Below, in pieces: positions 46,212 through 64,000 of a stretch of DNA of 64,000 nucleotides. Source of the DNA: Thermodesulfovibrionales bacterium (lineage in GTDB: Bacteria; Nitrospirota; Thermodesulfovibrionia; Thermodesulfovibrionales; SM23-35). The notes under the pieces were generated by a model. That model saw only the letters and a program-made list of their open reading frames with translations. It did not search any database and had not been told where the DNA came from. The position numbers were made by a program, and so were the translations under genes. The first letter of the stretch is position 1; every line of letters begins with the position of its first letter. The stretch spans positions 303,290 to 367,289 of the forward strand of contig CAVQRT010000002.1 in NCBI GenBank assembly GCA_963715195.1, read 5' to 3'.

Positions 46212-46769
46212 ATGTCCAAAGAATTAATGAACAAACAAGATCTCGACCGGGCTTTGACACGTATGGCCCATGAAATCATCGAGAAGAATAAAGGGATTTC
46301 AAGGCTCTGCCTGATAGGCATCCAACGCGGCGGAGTTTATCTTGCCCATCGGCTTGCAGCAAGAATTCAGTTCATCGAGAAAAGAGAAATCCCTGTTGGT
46401 TCCCTTGATATTGCGTTCTACAGGGATGACCTGAACATACGGAAGCAGCAACCTGTTGTCAGGAGAACGGAAGTTTCCTTTGAAGTAAATGATTTAAAAA
46501 TTGTACTCGTTGATGATGTACTTTTTACCGGCAGATCAATCAGGTCTGCCATGGATGCTTTAATGGATATCGGGAGACCTGCATCGATCCAGCTAGCGGT
46601 CCTAGTTGACAGGGGACACCGCGAACTACCAATTAAGGCAGATTATGTTGGGAAAAATATCCCTACGGCATTGAGCGAATTGGTCGAGGTGCAGATGGAA
46701 GAAGAAGGTTTTGAGGACAGGGTAATCATCAGGAAATCCGAACCCCCGGAAGGCAGAGATGCTGAATAA
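46212..46769 (+). CDS. pyrR: Bifunctional pyr operon regulator / uracil phosphoribosyltransferase
   Basis: [30 protein letters not shown]. Confidence 0.97.
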   Translation: MSKELMNKQDLDRALTRMAHEIIEKNKGISRLCLIGIQRGGVYLAHRLAARIQFIEKREIPVGSLDIAFYRDDLNIRKQQPVVRRTEVSFEVNDLKIVLVDDVLFTGRSIRSAMDALMDIGRPASIQLAVLVDRGHRELPIKADYVGKNIPTALSELVEVQMEEEGFEDRVIIRKSEPPEGRDAE

Positions 46770-47679
46770 CAAAGACCTTCTCGGGATCAAGGAACTCTCG
46801 GTCAAAGAGATCAGCCTGATCATCGAGACTGCAGCTGGGTTCAAGGATATCCTCGGAAGGGATATCAAAAAAGTGCCCGCTTTACGGGGCAAAACCACCG
46901 TAAACCTCTTCTTTGAACCCTCAACCCGCACGAGGACCTCTTTTGAACTCGCAGCAAAAAGACTGAGCACCGATGTGATCAACTTCTCGGTCCCGACGAG
47001 CAGCGTCGTGAAAGGCGAGAGCTTGATTGATACGGCATTGACAGTCCAGGCCCTCGGAGCAGATTTTATCATCATACGGCACGCTTCATCAGGGGTGCCT
47101 CACCTTCTTTCGAAACATCTCAACGCTTCGGTCATCAATGCCGGAGATGGAACGAATGAGCATCCGACACAGGCTCTCCTTGACGCATTTACGATTCAGG
47201 AAAAGAAGGGAAAGATTGAAGGCCTGACGATTGCCATAGTGGGAGACATAATGCACAGCAGGGTTGCAAAATCCGATATATACTGTCTGAAAGCACTCGG
47301 AGCAGATGTTCGATTGATCGGACCTCCAACCCTGATCCCCGAAAACCTCAAAACGATAGGAGTCTCAATTTTTCATAACATGGAAGACGGGCTGAAGGGT
47401 GTTGATGTGCTTATTATGCTCAGAATCCAGATGGAACGGCAGGGGAAGGGTTTCTTCCCATCAACAGAGGAATATGCAAAAAACTGGGGACTGACCCCTG
47501 AACGCCTCTCATGTGCAAAGGAAGACGTTATTGTGATGCACCCTGGCCCCATGAACAGGGGTATAGAAATTGCGTCTGAGATAGCAGACGGCCCGAAGTC
47601 GGTCATCCTTGAGCAGGTGACGAATGGGATAGCGGTGAGAATGTCAGTGATGTATCTGCTGTCGGGAGTAAAACGGTGA
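46759..47679 (+). CDS. pyrB: Aspartate carbamoyltransferase catalytic subunit
   Basis: [29 protein letters not shown]. Confidence 0.98.
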   Translation: MLNNKDLLGIKELSVKEISLIIETAAGFKDILGRDIKKVPALRGKTTVNLFFEPSTRTRTSFELAAKRLSTDVINFSVPTSSVVKGESLIDTALTVQALGADFIIIRHASSGVPHLLSKHLNASVINAGDGTNEHPTQALLDAFTIQEKKGKIEGLTIAIVGDIMHSRVAKSDIYCLKALGADVRLIGPPTLIPENLKTIGVSIFHNMEDGLKGVDVLIMLRIQMERQGKGFFPSTEEYAKNWGLTPERLSCAKEDVIVMHPGPMNRGIEIASEIADGPKSVILEQVTNGIAVRMSVMYLLSGVKR

Positions 47680-48999
47680 AAATTTATATTGAGAACGGAC
47701 GAATCATAGACCCCTCACAGGACCTTGATACCGTTGGGAATATCGTTATAGATGACGGAAAAATAGCAGCAGTTATCACTCAAAAACCAAAGCAAAAATC
47801 GCACCTTAAAAATAAGGAGCTGATAAATCCTGAAACAAGTATTTTGAATCAAGCATCCAAGGATTGCCGAAGAATCGACGCAAGCCGGATGATCGTCATC
47901 CCCGGCCTGATTGATATGCATGTTCATCTCAGGGAACCCGGCTTTGAACACAAGGAAACGATCAGGACCGGGACAATGGCTGCGGTCAAAGGTGGGATCA
48001 CGAGCGTCTGCTGCATGCCGAATACCTTTCCGGTGAATGACAACGCCAGTGTTACGGAGTTCATAAAGAGAAAGGCTTCGCAGGAAGGATGTTGTACGGT
48101 TCTCCCGATCGGTGCCATTACAAAAGGGCAGAAAGGCAGCGAGCTTGCAGAGATTGGCACCATGTGGAAGGAGGGGTGCATTGCCTTCTCGGACGATGGG
48201 CAACCGGTAATGAACAGTCTTATTATGAGAAGGGCTCTCGAATATTCACAGGCATTCGATGTCCCCATAATCTCCCATTCTGAAGACCTGTCCCTTTCTG
48301 AAGGTGGTGTGATGAACGAGGGCCTGCTGTCTATAACACTTGGCCTCAGGGGTATCCCTGCTGAATCAGAGCAGATTATGATCTTCCGGGATATCGTGCT
48401 TGCAGAACTGACCGGAGGCAAATTGCACATAGCCCATGTATCCACAAAAGGCTCGGTTGATCTGATAAGGAACGCAAAAAGGAGTGGTGTCTCCATCACC
48501 GCGGAGACCTGCCCGCACTATTTCAGTATCACCGAAGATGCGATAAAAGGATACGATACTGATGCAAAGGTCAATCCCCCCTTAAGGACGGCAGAGGATG
48601 TTGAGGCTATTCAAGAAGGGCTGCGGGACGGTACAATCGATGTGATTGCATCTGACCATGCACCGCACCACCGGGATGAAAAGCTCAGGGAATTTGACAT
48701 TTCGCCTTCCGGGATATCGGGACTCGAAACAGCGTTGAGCCTGAGCCTGAGACTTGTCGAGAAAAAAATCATCACCTTAAGCCAGCTCATCGAAAAAATG
48801 GCACTGAATCCAGCAAAGATTCTGCAGATTGATAAGGGGACTCTGAAAACAGGCGCTGACGCGGATGTGGTCATTGTGGATACGTCCAAAGAATTCCGGG
48901 TAGAGCCAGGGAAGTTCATCTCGAAAGGAAAAAACACCCCTTTCAAAGGGTGGCTCTTAAGAGGTATGCCCGTCTTAACAATAGCCAGAGGGAACGTTT

Positions 49000-49010
<11 letters not shown>
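47676..49010 (+). CDS. pyrC: Dihydroorotase
   Basis: [27 protein letters not shown]. Confidence 0.97.
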
Positions 49011-50196
<1,186 letters not shown>

Positions 50197-50237
50197 TAGC
50201 CATAACAAACTCTGGTCACATGTTCGGCTTTTTACGT

Positions 50238-50406
50238 TGTCATTCTAGCTTGTCGGGAATCGCCGGTCCCCAATCATGCGGACCTGTGGCGAGATTCCTT
50301 CCGATTCCCCCTTAGGAAAAGAGGTTTAAAGGCGTTGTCTTAAGAAAAATTCTCCGCCCCGGCGCGGCGGATCCGCCTGAGGCTGGACGGTTAGGCCGAA
50401 ATGACG
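50238..50406. repeat. Nested REP-like palindromic element between carA and carB
   Basis: Left arm TGTCATTCTAGCTTGTCGGGAATC matches the reverse complement of 22259-22282 at 20/24 positions; ends in GAAATGAC. Confidence 0.7.
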
Positions 50407-50437
50407 AGATTTTTAGATCTTATCCGTATCTAGTCAT

Positions 50438-53749
<3,312 letters not shown>

Positions 53750-53870
53750 CACTGGCATACATCCTCCTTAAGAGAACAGGAGCACCAATTTGAGATAGAG
53801 TGCAGCCAATATATTATGGTAATATTAGTATTAGCTTTAGCTTTTTATTCCTCATCCCCGGGAGGCGAAC

Positions 53871-56316
<2,446 letters not shown>

Positions 56317-56374
56317 AGCAAAAGGTAACATAGTTTGCCTGTCTGTTGTCTACTCCCTGCTGTCTGCTAATTTG

Positions 56375-56860
56375 ATGGTTACTGTTGCAGTATTAACATT
56401 AAGCGATAAGGGTTCAAAAGGCGAAAGAGAAGATTCGAGCGGCCCTCTGATCCGGGATATCATAAAACAGATTAATGCTGAAGTTCTGCATTATGACATC
56501 CTGCCTGATGAAAGAGATCTCATCAAACAGAAGCTCATCCAGTATACCGGGAAGGTTGATTTGATTCTGACGACGGGTGGGACCGGGCTTTCGCCGAGAG
56601 ATGTCACCCCTGACGCGACCCTCGAAGTAATCGAAAGAGAGGTGCCGGGAATAGCCGAGGCAATGCGTCTTGAGGGCTTAAAAAAAACAGGCAGGGCCAT
56701 GCTTTCGAGAGCTGCAGCAGGGGTAAGAGGGGAAACCCTGATCATTAATCTTCCGGGAAGTCCCAAGGCGGTTCGGGAAAACCTTTCCGCTATCCTTGAT
56801 GTTATTCCTCATGCGGTTGAGAAAATAAAGGGAGACCTCTCGGAATGTTCCTCGGACTGA
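56375..56860 (+). CDS. mog: MogA/MoaB molybdopterin adenylyltransferase
   Basis: TTGGTGLSPRDVTPDA, LSRA, NLPGSPKA. Confidence 0.9.
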   Translation: MVTVAVLTLSDKGSKGEREDSSGPLIRDIIKQINAEVLHYDILPDERDLIKQKLIQYTGKVDLILTTGGTGLSPRDVTPDATLEVIEREVPGIAEAMRLEGLKKTGRAMLSRAAAGVRGETLIINLPGSPKAVRENLSAILDVIPHAVEKIKGDLSECSSD

Positions 56861-56879
56861 CACTTACTTCGTATTTACG

Positions 56880-57602
56880 ATGCAGGATATAAGTTTTTCT
56901 CTCGTATTCCTTGCAGGTGTTTTCTCCTTCCTGTCCCCGTGTGTCCTGCCCCTTATTCCATCTTACGTTTCATTCATTACCGGCATTTCCTTCAAGGACC
57001 TGACTGTCGGCACAGACAGGAAAAAAATCCATTATATAACGATCATGAATTCCATCGCCTTTATCTTGGGTTTCTCAACCGTATTTATCGCTCTCGGTGT
57101 GTCGTCATCAGCGGTGGGAAGATTTTTCTTCGCATATATGGATCTGATCAGGATCATAGGCGGCATGCTGGTAATAATTTTTGGCCTCTTTATCGCCGGG
57201 TTCCTGAAGCTTGATTTTCTCATGGCTGAAAAAAAGGTTCACCTGAGCGGCAAGCCGGCCGGTTATGTCGGAACATATATTGTGGGAATGACTTTTGCTG
57301 CGGGATGGACTCCGTGTATCGGGCCGATACTCGGAGCAATTCTTGTATACGCAGGTTCAAAAGGTTCTGCCTTGTACGGGTTTCAACTGCTCTCCGTCTA
57401 TTCCCTCGGGATGGCCATCCCGTTTTTTCTGTCTGCACTGGGGATCAATGTTTTCTTAGCATATTCGCCGAAAATAACCAAACACATGCGGGTGATCATG
57501 GTCATCAACGGATTTCTCCTGATTATATTTGGGATTATGCTTCTCACTGATCAGATAAGGGTACTCGGCGGGATTCTGCCGGACTTCGGTATTACGTTTT
57601 AA
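56880..57602 (+). CDS. ccdA: Cytochrome c biogenesis protein CcdA
   Basis: SFLSPCVLP and GWTPCIGP, six TM helices. Confidence 0.93.
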   Translation: MQDISFSLVFLAGVFSFLSPCVLPLIPSYVSFITGISFKDLTVGTDRKKIHYITIMNSIAFILGFSTVFIALGVSSSAVGRFFFAYMDLIRIIGGMLVIIFGLFIAGFLKLDFLMAEKKVHLSGKPAGYVGTYIVGMTFAAGWTPCIGPILGAILVYAGSKGSALYGFQLLSVYSLGMAIPFFLSALGINVFLAYSPKITKHMRVIMVINGFLLIIFGIMLLTDQIRVLGGILPDFGITF

Positions 57603-58582
57603 TACAATCCCATTGCCTCACGGACAAGCCGCATCGTATCTTCAGTTACCTTCCGTGCCTTTTCTGTTCCCTTCTCCAGTACATCATGGAGAATCTCTGG
57701 GTTCTGGATAAGTTTATTCCGTCTTTCCCAAATCGGCTCCATAACTTTGAATACATTCCGGATAAGAATTTTTTTGCATTCAATGCACCCGATGCCGGCT
57801 GTCCGGCACCCAATAGCTACCTGCTCCTGTTCCTCCTTCGAAGAAAAGACTTTGTGGAGCTGATATACCGGCGACAGTTCGGGATTGCCAGGATCCGTCT
57901 TTTTCACCCGTGCAGGATCGGTGATCATCGTCCTTATTTTCTGCTCAACTTCACCGGGACTGTCGGAGAGATAAATTGCATTGTCATAGCTCTTTGACAT
58001 TTTTCTTCCGTCGGTGCCGACAACCTTGGGGAAATCGGTGAGCAAAGCCTCCGGTTCCGGAAAAATTTCTCTATAGATAAAATTGAAACGCCTCGCGATC
58101 TCACGGCTTATCTCAAGATGGGGGACCTGATCTATTCCAACCGGCACGTACTTAGCCCGGTAAATGATAATATCAGCTGTCTGGAGCAACGGATATCCGA
58201 GGAACCCGTATGTAGAAAGGTCCCTGTCTTTGAGCTCCTGTTGTTTCTCCTTGTATGTGGGAACCCGTTCAAGCCACCCGAGCGGTGTTATCATGGAGAG
58301 CAGGAGATGCAGCTCTGCATGCTGAAGGACCCTTGACTGTACGAAGATGGTGCATTTGTCAGGATCAAGCCCCGCAGCCAGAAAATTGATCAGCAAGTCC
58401 GTGGTGGAATTCTTGATTTCTGACGGATTAGCATACCCGGTGGTCAGTGAATGCCAGTCCGCAATAAAATAGTAGCAATCATACGTATCCTGCAGCCTGA
58501 CCCAGTTGCTCAATGCCCCGATCAGATTGCCAAGATGCAGCCTGCCGCTCGACTGCATGCCGCTCAATACTCTTTCTTTCAC
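57599..58582 (-). CDS. trpS: Tryptophan--tRNA ligase
   Basis: HLGN, YPLLQTAD, VPVGIDQ, KMSKS. Confidence 0.97.
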   Translation of the reverse strand: MKERVLSGMQSSGRLHLGNLIGALSNWVRLQDTYDCYYFIADWHSLTTGYANPSEIKNSTTDLLINFLAAGLDPDKCTIFVQSRVLQHAELHLLLSMITPLGWLERVPTYKEKQQELKDRDLSTYGFLGYPLLQTADIIIYRAKYVPVGIDQVPHLEISREIARRFNFIYREIFPEPEALLTDFPKVVGTDGRKMSKSYDNAIYLSDSPGEVEQKIRTMITDPARVKKTDPGNPELSPVYQLHKVFSSKEEQEQVAIGCRTAGIGCIECKKILIRNVFKVMEPIWERRNKLIQNPEILHDVLEKGTEKARKVTEDTMRLVREAMGLY

Positions 58583-59268
58583 ATCAAACCTCCAAAAGGG
58601 ATAAGGAAAATACGGATAATCAATTCAATAAAAGCCTGTATGGGAATAATAATATATCGGGCAATCCCCATAAACCATAGTGCGAGCACGATAAAAATGC
58701 CGTAAGGTTCCAGTTTGCTAAACTGATATGCATGCTTTGTGGGAAGGAGGCTTGTGAGGATCCGCCCCCCGTCAAGCGGCGGGATAGGGAGCAGGTTGAA
58801 CGCCGCAATAAATACATTAAAGGAGATGCTGTATCTCAGCATAAGTTCAAGAGGCGCAATAATCCTATCATTCACAGACAACGGAAGGTGGGGGGCAACG
58901 TTAACGAGCATGATAAACAGCAGTATACTCACGAAAGAGAGAATGATATTCGCAGCGGGCCCCGCTGCTGACACGAGAGCAGAATCTCTCCTCGGATTCC
59001 TCAGGTTATTGAATGCCACGGGCACTGGTTTGGCCGAACCGAATATGAAGCTGCCGTTTGAGAGGATGAACAGCATGATCGGCATAAGTACCGTGCCGAC
59101 AGGATCAATATGGGCGATCGGGTTTATAGTGAGCCTTCCCATCATCTTTGCCGTCGGGTCACCGAGCTTGTAGGCAGTGTATCCATGGGCAATCTCGTGA
59201 AATGTAATCGAGATGAGGATAGGGACTGCTGCAAGGAGAAGGTTCCTTACTAGTGAAACATAATCCAA
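58579..59268 (-). CDS. Site-2 protease (M50) family protein
   Basis: HEIAH, AAGP, FNLLPIPPLDG; likely TTG start at 59268 after GGAGG. Confidence 0.92.
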   Translation of the reverse strand: MDYVSLVRNLLLAAVPILISITFHEIAHGYTAYKLGDPTAKMMGRLTINPIAHIDPVGTVLMPIMLFILSNGSFIFGSAKPVPVAFNNLRNPRRDSALVSAAGPAANIILSFVSILLFIMLVNVAPHLPLSVNDRIIAPLELMLRYSISFNVFIAAFNLLPIPPLDGGRILTSLLPTKHAYQFSKLEPYGIFIVLALWFMGIARYIIIPIQAFIELIIRIFLIPFGGLM

Positions 59269-59335
59269 AATGATTTTCCTCCCTAGGGAATTGACAAAAT
59301 TTCCAGAATTGCTATTTTGGAATATCAAAGAACTG

Positions 59336-59364
59336 TTGTCAAGTAACGTCGGATAGTCTATAAT
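59336..59364 (+). promoter_or_regulatory. Putative sigma70 promoter for the kdsB operon, overlapping a divergent promoter
   Basis: TTGTCA-N17-TATAAT; the opposite strand has TTGACA-N17-CAAAAT. Confidence 0.6.
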
Positions 59365-59378
59365 AGAAAAGAATTTTT

Positions 59379-61768
<2,390 letters not shown>

Positions 61769-61771
61769 GGA

Positions 61772-62593
61772 TTGACCGGGGAAATAGCAATAGCAGATAT
61801 AAAACTGGGCGGAGATAATCCCTTGTGTATTATTGCCGGGCCATGTGTGATAGAGAATGCAGAGCTGGTTTTCCAAACCGCGGAGAAGCTGAAGGAAATC
61901 TGCCGTAACGCAGGTCTTTCACTCCTTTTTAAGAGTTCCTACGACAAAGCAAACAGGACTTCACTCACTTCTTTCAGAGGTCCCGGGTTGGACGCGGGAT
62001 TGAGAATTCTCTCCGACCTCAAAAGCAGGCTGCACATACCGGTCATATCGGACATTCATTCAGTGCAGGAAGTAAAACCTGCTTCGGAAGTCCTTGATGC
62101 CCTTCAGGTACCTGCTTTCCTGTGCAGGCAGACAGATCTGATTCTTGCTGCATCTGAGACCGGCAAGCCTGTTAACGTAAAAAAAGGCCAGTTCCTTGCA
62201 CCCTGGGATGTGAAAAATATTATTGATAAATTCACCTCCACCGGAAATCAGCATATTTTTCTTACCGAACGAGGTTCCTCATTCGGATACAATAACCTGG
62301 TGGTAGATTACCGGGCTTTTCCCATCATGCGCTCTTTTGGACACCCGGTCATATTCGATGTTACCCACAGTCTTCAGCTCCCGGGAGGAATGGGAACGAG
62401 TTCAGGCGGCCAGAGGGAATTTGCTGGACCTCTTGCGCTGGCAGCAGTCTCGGTAGGGGTTGACGGCCTTTTTATGGAAGTTCATCCTGACCCTGATCAT
62501 GCCTTGTGCGATGGCCCGAACATGATGAGACTGGATACCGTGGCTAAGCTGTTAAAAACATGCAGAGATATTGACGAATTAGCAGCCAGATGA
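61772..62593 (+). CDS. kdsA: KDO 8-phosphate synthase
   Basis: AGPCVIE, YDKANRTS, PAFLCRQTD, KKGQF. Confidence 0.97.
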   Translation: MTGEIAIADIKLGGDNPLCIIAGPCVIENAELVFQTAEKLKEICRNAGLSLLFKSSYDKANRTSLTSFRGPGLDAGLRILSDLKSRLHIPVISDIHSVQEVKPASEVLDALQVPAFLCRQTDLILAASETGKPVNVKKGQFLAPWDVKNIIDKFTSTGNQHIFLTERGSSFGYNNLVVDYRAFPIMRSFGHPVIFDVTHSLQLPGGMGTSSGGQREFAGPLALAAVSVGVDGLFMEVHPDPDHALCDGPNMMRLDTVAKLLKTCRDIDELAAR

Positions 62594-63600
62594 AAAAAAG
62601 CCGAATAAGAAAAGGTAAGCAGACCAGATCCCACGACCCTATCATCGATGTTGCCAAGAAAGTCCTTGCGACAGAGGCAAAAGCTTTACGCGCTCTCGCA
62701 TCAAGAATCAGCAATGATTTCGAATCAGCAGTTGACCTTATAAACGCAAACAAGGGCAGGGTTGTTGTAGCCGGCATGGGGAAATCAGGGCTTGTCGGAA
62801 AAAAAATTGCAGCAACCCTTGCTTCAACCGGGACACCAGCTTTTTTTCTCCACCCTGCCGAGGCGAGCCACGGAGATCTCGGAATGGTTACAGAACGGGA
62901 CATTGTCATCGCAATATCGAACAGCGGAGAAACAGAAGAACTCGTCGGGCTCATTCCGTTTCTGAAAAGATTCCGGGTCAAACTGATATCCATGACCGGG
63001 CATATGAACTCGACCCTCGCGAAAGCATCCGATATAGCGCTTGATGTTTCGGTCAGGGAAGAGGCCTGTCCGATGGGAATTGTTCCCACCGCATCAACAA
63101 CAGCAACAATGGCAATGGGCGATGCACTTGCAGTTTGTCTTCTTGTAAAAAAAGGTCTGAATGAAGAAGATTTTGCGCGGTTCCATCCGGGAGGAAGCAT
63201 CGGGAAGAAATTCTTTATTACGGTTACAGACCTTATGCACAGCGGGGACCGCCTTCCATTGATATCTCGCGGCACACCGATGTCACGGGCAGTCATCGAG
63301 ATGTCATCAAAAAGACTCGGTCATGCTGTGGTCGTTGATCGACAGGGGAACATAGCAGGTGTGCTGACGGACGGGGATGTGCGCAGGGGCCTGGAGAGAT
63401 GGGGGGGGAAGCTCTTCGATCTTCCCGCAGAACAGGTTATGACAAAAAACCCTAAAACAATTTCTCAGGATGAGCTCGCAGCAAAGGCACTCTCAATCAT
63501 GGAGAGCTTCTCGATAACCGCCCTGATTGTTCCTGATGAGGATGGAAGACCCCTCGGCATCATTCACCTGCACGATATCCTCAGACAGGGGATAGTCTGA
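62590..63600 (+). CDS. kdsD: Arabinose-5-phosphate isomerase (KpsF/GutQ family)
   Basis: GMGKSG, STGTP, HGDLG, HPGG, CBS pair. Confidence 0.95.
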   Translation: MKKSRIRKGKQTRSHDPIIDVAKKVLATEAKALRALASRISNDFESAVDLINANKGRVVVAGMGKSGLVGKKIAATLASTGTPAFFLHPAEASHGDLGMVTERDIVIAISNSGETEELVGLIPFLKRFRVKLISMTGHMNSTLAKASDIALDVSVREEACPMGIVPTASTTATMAMGDALAVCLLVKKGLNEEDFARFHPGGSIGKKFFITVTDLMHSGDRLPLISRGTPMSRAVIEMSSKRLGHAVVVDRQGNIAGVLTDGDVRRGLERWGGKLFDLPAEQVMTKNPKTISQDELAAKALSIMESFSITALIVPDEDGRPLGIIHLHDILRQGIV

Positions 63601-63691
63601 TTCCTTGTACATCATCTTGGCAAGAAAAAATTCGACTGCTTTCTGGATAAGCGCCGAGCTCAAAAGAATTCGCTAAAGGAGATTATGCGCC

Positions 63692-63922
63692 ATGACTGAT
63701 AAGGACGATAAACTGCAGGCAATATCTGATGAATTGAGCGAACATGTCATCGCCGTTAAGGGCACACTTGAACTCATCGATGCATCGGTTGAGGAGGAGG
63801 ACCTCCACAACCTCCTCATAAAGGCACTGAAGCGGATGGACACCATACAAACATTATCCGGAGAGATGTTTGCGCTCCTGAAGGCCTGCCTCGACAGGAT
63901 GGGAGAAACAAAGACAGAGTAA
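63692..63922 (+). CDS. Small hypothetical protein, DHp/HisKA-like helical hairpin
   Basis: SD AAAGGAG; ISDELSEHVIAVKGTLELI. Confidence 0.7.
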   Translation: MTDKDDKLQAISDELSEHVIAVKGTLELIDASVEEEDLHNLLIKALKRMDTIQTLSGEMFALLKACLDRMGETKTE

Positions 63923-63923
63923 A

Positions 63924-63961
63924 GCAAGGCACAATGGAGGGATTCCAATTGTGCCTCTTGC
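63924..63961 (+). terminator. Stem-loop, possible terminator
   Basis: AGGCACAAT...ATTGTGCCT stem right after the stop codon, then T-rich sequence. Confidence 0.5.
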
Positions 63962-64000
63962 AAGTTTCTTATTTTGCTTTGTATCTTTTTACTTATTTCG

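Noticed and set aside
53750..53870. SAM riboswitch upstream of metK
   Set aside because: No SAM-I core or other recognisable SAM aptamer.

Overview
Mostly core-genome DNA from a Gram-negative bacterium; gene order suggests Nitrospirota/Thermodesulfovibrionia or a deltaproteobacterium-like lineage (inference). Recognisable genes: hemL, atpZ/atpI-like pair, an RpoD-like sigma factor, cysE-cysK, tRNA-Phe, an MltD-like transglycosylase, aminotransferase-serA-purA-PilZ-comF, degQ-yacL-ispD-ispF, selB/purF/selA, uvrA, a PyrR-attenuated pyrR-pyrB-pyrC-carA-carB run followed by metK-ahcY-mog-ccdA, trpS and kdsB-pyrG-kdsA-kdsD. An AT-richer accessory stretch (about 34.7-43.2 kb) holds small hypothetical genes and decayed fragments. 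The most unusual signal is a set of 6-, 7- and 8-nt tandem arrays and REP-like palindromes, often arranged as inverted pairs. They sit between genes of housekeeping operons and also in frame inside carA, carB (twice), pyrC, uvrA and kdsB, suggesting a repeat/hairpin element that writes peptide inserts into conserved enzymes. Other candidates: a sigma54-type promoter upstream of the RpoD paralogue, a cNMP-domain Ser/Thr kinase plus PPP phosphatase module, a PilZ-zinc-ribbon gene coupled to purA and comF, stand-alone STN-like and His-less DHp-like proteins, and two single-base frameshifts. No CRISPR array, rRNA, integrase or intact transposase was seen. All family calls come from motif recognition by eye, not database searches.
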